64,000 bases of DNA from an uncultured Acidobacteriota bacterium (GTDB lineage: Bacteria; Acidobacteriota; Blastocatellia; RBC074): the NCBI GenBank assembly GCA_963796275.1, contig CAWCKY010000007.1, positions 512,001 through 576,000 of the forward strand, in the 5' to 3' direction. Shown piece by piece: positions 29,472 through 39,309 of the stretch. Positions within the stretch are counted from its first letter, which is position 1. Each line of letters begins with the position of its first letter. The notes under the pieces are model-generated. The model saw only the letters and a list, made by a program, of their open reading frames with translations. It searched no databases and was not told the origin of the DNA. The position numbers were made by a program, and so were the translations under genes.

Positions 29472-31213
29472 TATCCGCTGAGAGCCGAATCCCGAAAAAA
29501 ATATCTTCCACCTTCATCGGTAAATACGTCTTCAGCCGCGATCATAAAATCATCGGCCTGCAATACTTCTTTCTAGCCCTGACCGCAGCCTTAATCGGGA
29601 CCGGCATGTCGCTGCTCATGCGGCTGAGGCTGGCCTGGCCGCAGAGAAGGTGGCCGCTGCTCGAAATGATAATCCCAGGCGGTTTCAGCGATGGGTTGAT
29701 GACGCCCGAGTACTATCTGGCGATGGTGACGATGCACGGGACGATGATGATCTTCATGGTATTGACGATCGCGCCGCAATCGGCGTTCGGCAATTATTTC
29801 CTGCCGATCCAGATCGGGGCCCGCGAAATGGTTTTCCCGTGGCTCAATATGCTCTCGTTCTGGCTGACATTTGCGAGCTTCGTCATCCTTTTGAGCGCGC
29901 TAGGAGTGAGCGGTGGAGCGCCGATCGGGGGATGGACATTCTATCCGCCGCTCAGCGCAATCGCTGCTGCGGGGAGCGGGCAGGCCACCGGAGCTGATCT
30001 GTGGATCATCAGTATCTGCGTGTTTTGTCTGTCCTCTTTCATAGGTTCGATCAATTTCATCATCACGACGCTGGTGCGGAGGACGAAGGGAATGTCGCTG
30101 ATGCGAATGCCGTTGACCTGCTGGGGATGGTTCACGGCGGCGTGCATCTCTCTGCTGGCATTTCCGGTGCTCTTCGTCGCGGGCCTTCTGCTCTTTCTCG
30201 ACCGCAACTATGGGATGAGTTTTTTCAAGCCCGCGGGGCTGGTCGTGACCGGGCGTCTGATCGAGGGCGGCGGGGGAACGCCCTTGCTGTGGCAGCACCT
30301 CTTCTGGTTCTTCGGCCACCCCGAAGTTTATCTGGTGATCATTTCGGTGATGGGCATCATCTCGCACGTGCTGGCGAGCTTCGCGCGTAAGCCGGTCTTC
30401 GGATACCGCGGAATGGTGCTGGCGACGCTCAGCATCGGCGCGCTCGGATTTATCGTCTGGGGTCACCACATGTTCGTCAGCGGAATGAACCCGCGACTTG
30501 GAATCGCGTTTTCGGTATTGACTCTGGTGATCGGCGTGCCATCGGCTGTCAAAACGTTCAACTGGCTGGGAACCTTGTGGGGCGCACGCATTCGATTCAC
30601 CACGCCGATGTTGTTCGCGATCGGTTTCATTTCTTTCTTTATAACCGGCGGAGTGACCGGATTGGTATTGGGGCAGACGGCGCTCGATATGGTCTTTCAC
30701 GATACCTATTTCGTGACCGGCCATTTTCATATGATTATGGGCGTGGCTGCTCTCTTCGGCATCTTCGCGGCCACCTACTACTGGTTCCCCAAAATGTTCG
30801 GACGGATGATGAACGAGGCGATGGGCAGGCTTCATTTCTGGCTGACGTTTATCGGCGTCTATGCGATCTTCGTCCCTTTTCACCTGCTGGGCATAGCCGG
30901 TCATCCGCGCCGGTACGCCGACACACTCTGGTTCGAATTCTTGAAACCGCTCGGTCCCTTGCACGTCTTCATCACGATCGCTGCATTCGTGACGGCTGCC
31001 GCGCAATTAATCTTCGTGGCTAATCTCTTCATGAGTTTGTGGCGAGGCGCGAGCGCCGTCGATAACCCATGGGAGGCGACGACCCTGGAGTGGGCGGTTA
31101 TGACGCCGCCGGCGGAGAATAGCCGGGATCAACTGCCGGTGGTACACCGTGGGCCATATGAGTATACGATGACCGGCGTTGCGAAAGACTATTCGATGCA
31201 ATCTGAGTCTTGA
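29468..31213 (+). CDS. coxA: Cytochrome c oxidase subunit I (A1-type)
   Basis: DHKIIG, TMHG, FWFFGHPEVY, WGHHMF, GHFHM, PRRY. Confidence 0.95.
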   Translation: MISAESRIPKKISSTFIGKYVFSRDHKIIGLQYFFLALTAALIGTGMSLLMRLRLAWPQRRWPLLEMIIPGGFSDGLMTPEYYLAMVTMHGTMMIFMVLTIAPQSAFGNYFLPIQIGAREMVFPWLNMLSFWLTFASFVILLSALGVSGGAPIGGWTFYPPLSAIAAAGSGQATGADLWIISICVFCLSSFIGSINFIITTLVRRTKGMSLMRMPLTCWGWFTAACISLLAFPVLFVAGLLLFLDRNYGMSFFKPAGLVVTGRLIEGGGGTPLLWQHLFWFFGHPEVYLVIISVMGIISHVLASFARKPVFGYRGMVLATLSIGALGFIVWGHHMFVSGMNPRLGIAFSVLTLVIGVPSAVKTFNWLGTLWGARIRFTTPMLFAIGFISFFITGGVTGLVLGQTALDMVFHDTYFVTGHFHMIMGVAALFGIFAATYYWFPKMFGRMMNEAMGRLHFWLTFIGVYAIFVPFHLLGIAGHPRRYADTLWFEFLKPLGPLHVFITIAAFVTAAAQLIFVANLFMSLWRGASAVDNPWEATTLEWAVMTPPAENSRDQLPVVHRGPYEYTMTGVAKDYSMQSES

Positions 31214-31509
31214 AGGTAATCTGGGAAAGAAGACCGGAGTATAAGCTTCTTCTTACTTTCTTCCGGTTGCAATCGATCATTAAATAGTACATTATCGGGT
31301 TTGGTTCTTTGTTTACTCCTTCTCTCGCGCATCATCGGTGATGCGCCTTTGCCTCGATGGCATTTGATGCGGCGTAATGGATAATTCGAGAGTGGGATTG
31401 ATACCAACTTCAGAAGCTGCGCAATAGTGCATCCGAAGGCAGTCCTTGGCTACTACCGGTCACCACACTTATATCCGAAGCTTCTCTCAACATTTAACGA
31501 GGAGAAAAC

Positions 31510-31899
31510 ATGGCTGTTAAATTGTATGTTGGAAATTTGTCCTTTCAGACGACACAGCAGGATCTGGAAGAGCTGTTCGGTCAGGTAGGACAAGTCGAAT
31601 CTGTAAGTATAGTGACGGACCGCGATACGGGACAGCCGCGCGGGTTCGCATTTGTAGAGATGGCTGGGACCGCAGAGGCTCAGGCTGCGATTCAAACTAT
31701 CGATGGTAGGGAGGTTGACGGCAGGGCGCTGAAGGTAAATGAAGCCAGACCCAAGGAAGACCGGGGCGGCGGCGGACGTCGCGGCGGCTTTGGCGGCGGC
31801 GGCGGCGGTCGAAGTGGTGGCGGCGGTCGAAGTGGCGGTGGTGGAGGACGTGGCGGTTACGGCGGTGGCGGTGGTGGTGGCCGTGGAAACCGGTACTGA
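31510..31899 (+). CDS. RRM RNA-binding protein with Gly/Arg-rich tail
   Basis: RNP2 KLYVGNL, RNP1 RGFAFVEM, VNEARPK; GAGGAG RBS. Confidence 0.95.
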   Translation: MAVKLYVGNLSFQTTQQDLEELFGQVGQVESVSIVTDRDTGQPRGFAFVEMAGTAEAQAAIQTIDGREVDGRALKVNEARPKEDRGGGGRRGGFGGGGGGRSGGGGRSGGGGGRGGYGGGGGGGRGNRY

Positions 31900-31941
31900 G
31901 GATCCCAACCGTTCGGATTAAAACTGGTATAGATCAGAAAA

Positions 31942-31980
31942 GGCCAGAGCATCTTTAGACCGAGTTGCTCTGGCCATTTA
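31942..31980 (+). terminator. Hairpin downstream of the RRM gene
   Basis: GGCCAGAGCA / TGCTCTGGCC 10-bp stem followed by an AT-rich tail. Confidence 0.55.
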
Positions 31981-32268
31981 ATATTCAGGTCTCCTCGCAC
32001 AATCGTTGTAAATCCCTATACGCTTGTTAGCAATTCTTGTATACTCGACTCCTTGTACCCATCTTGTATTTGTTTTGACCTCACGAAATCATGAAAAGTC
32101 TTCATCATCACTCGCCTTTTGATTATTGCGGATTTCGGTTAAGCAGATACCAGCACGAAGACAAAGAGGAGAGAGGGGGATAGGTGTCTACTGTATGGGT
32201 GCACGTTTGCATCTCTATCCCTCTGTTGCCAGTACGCTTACTTCGCCACTGAAATTGGATAAAGAAGA

Positions 32269-33792
32269 ATGAAAATTTTGCTCTACAACCCTGATAACGG
32301 AATAACACGCAATTACATGCCGCATCTTTGGATGTTCGTGCTTCAATCCCTCACTCCTCCCGGTCACGAAGTGCTGCTGGTCGATGGCAACACACAGGCA
32401 ATGGACGAGGAAGCTATCGCGCGCTTCGTGCGCGAGGAACAGATCGGGCTGGTGGGCATTGGCGCGATGACCCGCATGATAGCAAAAGCTTATCGGATGG
32501 CCGACGCGATCCGCGCAACCGGGGTCCCCGTCGTCATGGGCGGACCCCACGTAACCGAAATGCCGGATGAAGCGCTCGGGCGGGATGGCGGTGTTCGCCA
32601 CGCCGATGCGGTGGCCCTGGGTGAAGCCGATGAAACCTGGCCCAGGATTGTTGAGGATGCCGCCCGCGGTGAACTGAAAGAGGTCTATGAGCCCATAGAT
32701 GAGACGGGCAAGGAACGCAAGCCGAGTCTTCAGCCCTATCCGATAATTCCGTGGGATACGCTCGATCTCAATCACTTCAATCTCGTTCCCAAGATACTGC
32801 GGCCCATCCTCCGGCGTCTGGGAGTCAAGCTGAATTCGTTCCGTGTGGTGCCGATCGAATCGGGGCGCGGATGTCCTTACGGATGCGAATTCTGCACGGT
32901 TACCGGCTTCTTCGGCGACTCGATCCGTTTTCGTTCCAACGAGAGCATCGTCGAGGAGATGTTGCGGCTGAAGGCCCGCGCACGGAGAGAAGGCGGTCAG
33001 ATCGCTGTGTCGTTCGTCGATGATAACTTTGCGATCAACATCAAAAGGACGAAATCGCTACTCCGCGACATTATCGCGGCCGATGCCCAGCTTCCATTTA
33101 TCGCGCAGATCAGCGCCAACCTGCTGCGCGACGAGGAACTGGTCGACCTCCTCGCCGCCGGCGGCGGCAGATGGATATTCATCGGCATGGAGTCGATCGA
33201 CCCGGTCAACCTGGCCGATGTCAACAAGGGCTTCAATAAGCCGGGAGAGTATGCGGCGGTGCTCGATCGGCTCGCCCAGCGCAACCTCTACGCCATCACA
33301 TCCTTCATCTTCGGGATGGACAACGACACGCCGGGAGTTGCCAAGCGGACGCTGGAACAGATTCAGAGCTGGCCGCCGGGGCTGCCCGTCTTCGGCCTGC
33401 TGACGCCATTCCCATCGACCCCGCTCTATAAGCGACTCGAGACGGCGGGACGGCTGACGCGGCCCAAGCACTGGCTCGATTTTGCGCCTTTTCAGATGGC
33501 GCACACGCCGCTCAAGATGAGTTCCTCGGAAGTTCATCGCGAGGTCGCTCTGGCGTGGACGGCTTCGTACAGCCCGGAACGGATCACCGAGGCGATCGAT
33601 TCGATCAATTACAAACCGGTCGAGTCCCGGATCATCCATCTCATCGCGCGCTTCTTCTTTCGCGGGATCTATTTTCCGCAGATGGGCGTGTGGGACTGGC
33701 TGAAAGTCATCGCTCAGAATCGAAAGACGATCTTCAGGCTGGTGGGAGAGGCATTTGGCGCGCGGAAGGCGCGAAAGAAACAGTCGGCATGA
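32269..33792 (+). CDS. B12-binding-domain radical SAM protein
   Basis: GRGCPYGCEFC (CxxxCxxC), MGGPHVT, GEAD, FVDDN, FIGMES. Confidence 0.92.
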   Translation: MKILLYNPDNGITRNYMPHLWMFVLQSLTPPGHEVLLVDGNTQAMDEEAIARFVREEQIGLVGIGAMTRMIAKAYRMADAIRATGVPVVMGGPHVTEMPDEALGRDGGVRHADAVALGEADETWPRIVEDAARGELKEVYEPIDETGKERKPSLQPYPIIPWDTLDLNHFNLVPKILRPILRRLGVKLNSFRVVPIESGRGCPYGCEFCTVTGFFGDSIRFRSNESIVEEMLRLKARARREGGQIAVSFVDDNFAINIKRTKSLLRDIIAADAQLPFIAQISANLLRDEELVDLLAAGGGRWIFIGMESIDPVNLADVNKGFNKPGEYAAVLDRLAQRNLYAITSFIFGMDNDTPGVAKRTLEQIQSWPPGLPVFGLLTPFPSTPLYKRLETAGRLTRPKHWLDFAPFQMAHTPLKMSSSEVHREVALAWTASYSPERITEAIDSINYKPVESRIIHLIARFFFRGIYFPQMGVWDWLKVIAQNRKTIFRLVGEAFGARKARKKQSA

Positions 33793-33876
33793 CTATTCAC
33801 CACAAAGCCGCACAAAGCAAAAAAGCCGGTAATAGAGCTTGGTATTTTTGTTTTTTGCATTTGTGGTGAATCAGTC
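33791..33876. repeat. Inverted 9-mer array / hairpin
   Basis: GACTATTCACCACAAAG ... TTTGTGGTGAATCAGTC. Confidence 0.65.
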
Positions 33877-34255
33877 TTCGGCTTTTGCGCCGAGTCCCTT
33901 CAGCTCGCATCGCCGATAACGACGAAGCCGCCCCAATAGAATGGGTGTGCGTATTCCGGGTTTTGCATAACTTTCAATGCCGCCCGCCTCATCGCCTCCG
34001 CCGTGGAGGCGGCTGCTTGCGGTTTGTCATATCTAGCCTTAAACATTTTGTGAAACTCTACCATCAGGGCGGTCGTGCTCGATGCCTTTCCCTAATTTAC
34101 ATATGTCCCCCTCATTTACCAGCTCGGTCGCATGGCACTTCTTTTCTACTTTTCAACAGCCCTTACCGTATTGGCTCTGGTTATCGTTATCTTCGCTGCT
34201 ACTCGTAATGCTACCTTACCGCCATCGAACTACATTTTGCAAATGCCTATGTCCT

Positions 34256-34545
<290 letters not shown>

Positions 34546-35372
34546 TAAAGTCCTGCCTGCGAGGCGGTAAAGGAGGCGGTAAAGGCTGAACCTTTCTTGT
34601 ACGCATCAAAGTTACCTGCATTACCTATAACATTTTTTTGTTCTCGACTGAAAAGGGGTTTCTCGCTCAAGATGAAATCAATATCCCTCGAGATATTCTG
34701 TTGATAGAAATCGAAGAGCTTCTGATCAAATGTGCGAATGGTAGTGGCGTCGTCCGACTGCGATAGAGAATAGACTTTCAGCGGACGATCGAAACATACA
34801 AGCCATGTCAAATAACAATGTTCCAAATGACAAAATATAAGAAACATTTAGGTAATCACACAAACACTTCTGTTAGTAGGCGCTAAAACAGACAATACTA
34901 TTACATTACTTTTAATTGATAGAGATGATACCGTATACACTTTTCCTTTCTGTTTTAATCTTGCGACCTACAATTAACGGAATCAAACCGCAATAGATCA
35001 GCCTAATACTATTCACCCCATAGTTAATATAAAAAGAGCGAACTCATGCGTCTTACGTCAAACTAATGTTATTATGAGCATATTTAGGTAGAGCGAATTC
35101 TTGACATCGAGCTATTGAAGATTTAGTATCGCCGCGATCTATTATTCCCCCAAATTCCATCTCACGTTTCCACACATTAAGTGACCCCATTGAATTTGCA
35201 TTAGTGGTAAGTTGTGCGCTACTCGGCGTCTGCGAAGCCACATAGGCTGTTAAACAACCGATTCCATTTGGGAGCAGCGACTATCGTTTCCTCTTTCGAC
35301 AGATATTTTTGTCTGGGCTAGCTTTAGCTATGCCTTTAGCCAACGATCATACTAACTATTAGGAGGTTTTAG

Positions 35373-36731
35373 ATGAGAAAGACCTTTGTGATGTTCCTGA
35401 CTATAGCGCTTATGGGGCTTACATTATTACCGGAATCCGGGAAGGGGCAGAAGGATGTTACTACAGATTCACGTAGCGATGCGGAGTGGGTACCAGGTGA
35501 GATGTTGGTGCAGTTTAAGGCAGGTGCCGGAAATATTGGTAAGAATCAGGCGCTAGCCAGAATCAATGGCGAAGAGATGCAAATGGTGATGTCCGAAGAA
35601 CGCCGTAACGATGGTCAAGGGCATCTCGTTCTGGTGAGGTACCAGCCAGATATCCCGCTGGATGCGGCGATGAGCAGTCTGCGAGAAGATCCGAATGTGA
35701 TGTGGGTCGAGAAAAATCAGGTATACAGACACCAGCAGATGTCGAACGATCCGGGGTTTCCCCAGCTCTATGGGATGCAAGGTCCCACAACCTCTCCTGC
35801 CAACCAGTTCGGCAGCAATGCAGCGGCGGCGTGGGCTGCAGGTGCTACTGGCAGTGAAACGGTCTACGTCGGCGTCATTGACGAAGGTATTCAAATCATT
35901 CACCCAGATCTACAAGGCAATATCTGGGTTAATCCATTCGATCCCGTCAATGGCAGAGACGATGATAACAATGGCTTGGTGGACGATGTTAATGGCTTTG
36001 ATTTCGCCAATAACGACAATACGGTCTATGACGGCGGCCAGGCCGGCAATGCCGATGACCACGGCACCCATGTCGCCGGCACCATCGGAGCCGTTGGAAA
36101 TAACGGTTTAGGCGTGGTCGGCATAAATTGGGCTGTTACACTTATCTCTGGCAAGTTCCTCGGAACGAACGGAGGAACCACTGCCAACGCGGTGAGGGCT
36201 ATAGATTACTTCACCGACCTAAAACTCCGGCACGGCTTGAACATTGTCGCGACCAATAATTCGTGGGGTGGCGGCGGCTTCTCGCAGGCGCTGCGAGACG
36301 CTATTGAGCGCGCCAACCGTGCGGGCATCCTCTTTGTTGCCGCGGCGGGCAATAATGGGAGTAATAACGACACTACCGCGAACTACCCGTCAAATTACAC
36401 TAATGCCAATGTTATAGCAGTCGCCTCAATTACAAGTACTGGTGCCAGATCGTCCTTCTCGAACTTCGGAGCAACTACCGTCGATATCGGGGCTCCAGGA
36501 TCGGGCATCATCTCGACGACTGCCTTCAGCGTCTACTCGAATTTCAGTGGAACATCGATGGCGACGCCGCACGTCACCGGAGCCTGCGCTCTCTACGCGT
36601 CCGTGTATCCTGGTGCGAGCGCGGCGCAGATCAAAAACGCAATATTATCGAGCGGTGTACCTACTCCCTCACTCGCGGGCATAACCGTGACAGGACGTAG
36701 ACTTGATGTCTTTCGCGCCCTTACACAATAG
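35373..36731 (+). CDS. S8 subtilisin-like serine peptidase (signal peptide, propeptide)
   Basis: VIDEGI (Asp), HGTHVAG (His), AAAGN, GTSMATPHV (Ser); AGGAGG RBS. Confidence 0.95.
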   Translation: MRKTFVMFLTIALMGLTLLPESGKGQKDVTTDSRSDAEWVPGEMLVQFKAGAGNIGKNQALARINGEEMQMVMSEERRNDGQGHLVLVRYQPDIPLDAAMSSLREDPNVMWVEKNQVYRHQQMSNDPGFPQLYGMQGPTTSPANQFGSNAAAAWAAGATGSETVYVGVIDEGIQIIHPDLQGNIWVNPFDPVNGRDDDNNGLVDDVNGFDFANNDNTVYDGGQAGNADDHGTHVAGTIGAVGNNGLGVVGINWAVTLISGKFLGTNGGTTANAVRAIDYFTDLKLRHGLNIVATNNSWGGGGFSQALRDAIERANRAGILFVAAAGNNGSNNDTTANYPSNYTNANVIAVASITSTGARSSFSNFGATTVDIGAPGSGIISTTAFSVYSNFSGTSMATPHVTGACALYASVYPGASAAQIKNAILSSGVPTPSLAGITVTGRRLDVFRALTQ

Positions 36732-36741
36732 AACTCGCGTG

Positions 36742-36768
36742 GTAGGACAGGTCGCCAACCTGTCCTAC
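36742..36768. repeat. GTAG-type REP palindrome
   Basis: GTAGGACAGGT-CGCCA-ACCTGTCCTAC, perfect 11-bp stem. Confidence 0.75.
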
Positions 36769-36862
36769 TCATATATCGATTTTGGGAGACGAAATTCGGC
36801 TGCAATATTCCGTGTGAGCGTTCGGTTTCGACTGGAACGTTCTATATCTCCGCCAATGATTG

Positions 36863-36890
36863 AAAAGCCGCTATCGCTAGCGGCTTTTTT
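36863..36890 (+). terminator. Intrinsic terminator
   Basis: AAAAGCCGCTA-TCGC-TAGCGGCTTTTTT. Confidence 0.8.
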
Positions 36891-37353
36891 CTTGAAATAG
36901 TGATGGCACAGTCGGGATCAATCGCTTTGCCTCTACCACGCTGACGGTCGTCTTCAGGGTTCTGCAGCTATTGAATGCTAAAACATGCCGATTGTAATAA
37001 AGGTCACCAAACGAACAATCACGATCAAAGTCTAAGAGAGAAGGAAGAAGATAAGAGATTGGTGAGTCCTTCACCGACTCGGTATCTTCCGGAAGCTGAC
37101 ATATCCCCCAGGCAGATTCGAGTCTTCATTAGTGCCTTCCTTATGTGCGCGAATTTCACGATTTGCCCTTGTTCTCAGCCGCAATTTTCGTGAATATTCA
37201 ATAGTCTTGCACTGGGAATGAAAATGGATGGGACAAGCTACCACCCTATCCTGACCATTTTCTAAAGAATCATCATACCGCCACAGAGACGACCTAAAAC
37301 AATGACAATCACTGGAGCGCAAGCGCTCCCGGTGGTTGCAGAGGAGATAGATA

Positions 37354-38763
37354 ATGTCATTCGCCCGCATCCTTCCATTCCTTCTCTCTCTCGTCTTCGT
37401 CTCGACTCTGTCTCCCCAAAAGAGACAGACCGATCTGCCGAAGATAGAGGAAGAGACTCTGCGCCACTTTCAGGCGCTAATTAAAATCGACACCAGCGAC
37501 CCGCCGGGCCACGAAGCGCCGGCGGTCGAATATTTAAAAACCGTCCTGGAACGTGAGGGGATCGAGACGAAGACCTTTGCCCTGGATCCCAAGAGGCCCA
37601 ACCTCGTGGCCCGCATCCGCGGCAGCGGCAAAAAACGCCCGATCCTGATCATGGGGCACACGGATGTCGTCAATGTCGATCCGGCGAAATGGAAGCATCC
37701 TCCCTTCTCGGCGACGCGCGAGGGCGGCTACATATACGGGCGCGGAACGGTGGACGACAAAGATAACGTCGTGGCCGGGCTGATGTTGATGCTCTCGCTC
37801 AAACGGCAAAACGTTCCTCTCGACCGAGACGTCATCTACCTGGCCGAGTCGGGAGAGGAGGGAAGCGTCCGATACGGGATCGACTTCATGGTGAAGCAGC
37901 ACTTTCAGGAGATAGATGCCGAATACTGTTTCGCCGAGGGCGGCAATGTCGTCCGCACCGGCGGTAAGTTGCGCTACGCCGGGGTGGAAACCTCGGAAAA
38001 GATCCCCTATGCCGTGAGGCTAACTGCACGCGGGCCATCGGGACACGGATCGGTCCCGCTGCGCGGCAATGCCATCGCCCACCTCTCACAGGCTATTGCA
38101 AAGGTTTCCGCATGGCAGACTCCCATGAGACTGAATGACACGACCCGGACATATTTTGAACGGCTCGCCAAGATCAGCTCGCCCGAAGAGGCCGCGCGCT
38201 ATAACAATATCGTGCAGGGGAAAGACCTGGTCGCCGTTCAGGAATATTTTGCCGTGCACGCCCCGAGGCTCCATTCGACGCTCAGGACTTCGATCTCGCC
38301 GAATATCATCAAGGGCGGGTATCGTGTGAATGTGATCCCGTCGGAAGCCGAGGCGACGCTCGATATACGCGCACTGCCCGATGAAGACATACCGCGATTG
38401 TTGGAGCAGATCCGGCAGGTGATCAATGATCCGGCGGTCGAAGTCGCAAAGATCGAGCGAGACACGCGGCCGGGGGCCAAACCTTCGCGGCTCGATACCG
38501 AAGCTTTCAGGACCATCGAGGAGGCGGTCAAACGCAATTATGACGTGGTGACGATCCCGGTAATGAGCACTGGCGCGACCGACATGGCCTATCTTCGCGC
38601 GCGCGGCGTGCAGTGCTACGGCATCGGGCCTGTGATCGACAGCGAAGACGGTCCCAAGGGCTTTGGCGCGCACAGCGACCAGGAGCGGATACTCGAAGAA
38701 TCGCTCTACAAGTTCGTCCGCTTTCAATGGGAAGTCGTATTGAGTCTGGCGGCGACCGAGTGA
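37354..38763 (+). CDS. M20/M25/M40 family metallopeptidase, secreted
   Basis: GHTDVV, GRGTVDDK, GEE, AEGG, GATD, AHSDQE. Confidence 0.93.
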   Translation: MSFARILPFLLSLVFVSTLSPQKRQTDLPKIEEETLRHFQALIKIDTSDPPGHEAPAVEYLKTVLEREGIETKTFALDPKRPNLVARIRGSGKKRPILIMGHTDVVNVDPAKWKHPPFSATREGGYIYGRGTVDDKDNVVAGLMLMLSLKRQNVPLDRDVIYLAESGEEGSVRYGIDFMVKQHFQEIDAEYCFAEGGNVVRTGGKLRYAGVETSEKIPYAVRLTARGPSGHGSVPLRGNAIAHLSQAIAKVSAWQTPMRLNDTTRTYFERLAKISSPEEAARYNNIVQGKDLVAVQEYFAVHAPRLHSTLRTSISPNIIKGGYRVNVIPSEAEATLDIRALPDEDIPRLLEQIRQVINDPAVEVAKIERDTRPGAKPSRLDTEAFRTIEEAVKRNYDVVTIPVMSTGATDMAYLRARGVQCYGIGPVIDSEDGPKGFGAHSDQERILEESLYKFVRFQWEVVLSLAATE

Positions 38764-38810
38764 GTGGCAGCAGGGCAACAAGGGGGAAACAGGGGGGGTA
38801 ACAGAGGCCG

Positions 38811-39227
38811 ATGTTTGAAATACGACTACAGACCTTTTGGGCCGATGCGGATCCCGCGGGGCTGGTATATTTCGCCAATTTCTTTCGTTTTGTGGACAGC
38901 GCTGAGGCGGAGTTGTTTCGTTCGGCCGGGGCTGAAAGAATGGACCTCTGGGATGAGAGCGATGTTTGGATGCCCCGCGTGGAATCGTTCGCTAAGTTCA
39001 GCAAGCCGGTGCGGGCGGAAGAGGCTATCTTTGTCCGCCTGCGCACGCGGATCAAAGGCGAAAAGACGGTGCGAATGGAGTTCGAGATTTTAAGCGCGAA
39101 CGACCGTTCGCTGCTCGCCGAAGGCTACGTTACGGCGGTCTGCATAAGTCGCCAGACCTCCAGATCGTGTCCATTGCCTCCCAAGGTTCGCGCAGCCTAC
39201 GAGCAGGCTGCTGCTGAAGGCGGGTAG
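38811..39227 (+). CDS. Acyl-CoA thioesterase (4HBT/YbgC hotdog fold)
   Basis: WADADPAGLVYFANFFRFVDSAEAE motif; 138 aa. Confidence 0.88.
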   Translation: MFEIRLQTFWADADPAGLVYFANFFRFVDSAEAELFRSAGAERMDLWDESDVWMPRVESFAKFSKPVRAEEAIFVRLRTRIKGEKTVRMEFEILSANDRSLLAEGYVTAVCISRQTSRSCPLPPKVRAAYEQAAAEGG

Positions 39228-39309
39228 GATTGACAACATAAATTACAAAAGATAAGAAGCTGCACAAACATCATCGTTCTAAGTTTGTGGTGCATTTCTG
39301 TTTCTGACT

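Noticed and set aside
31453-31908. Thr/Ala-rich 151-aa minus-strand ORF
   Set aside because: Antisense shadow of the Gly-rich RRM gene.
36785-36855. tRNA or tmRNA gene
   Set aside because: It ends in CCA but has no D arm, anticodon arm or correctly placed T arm.
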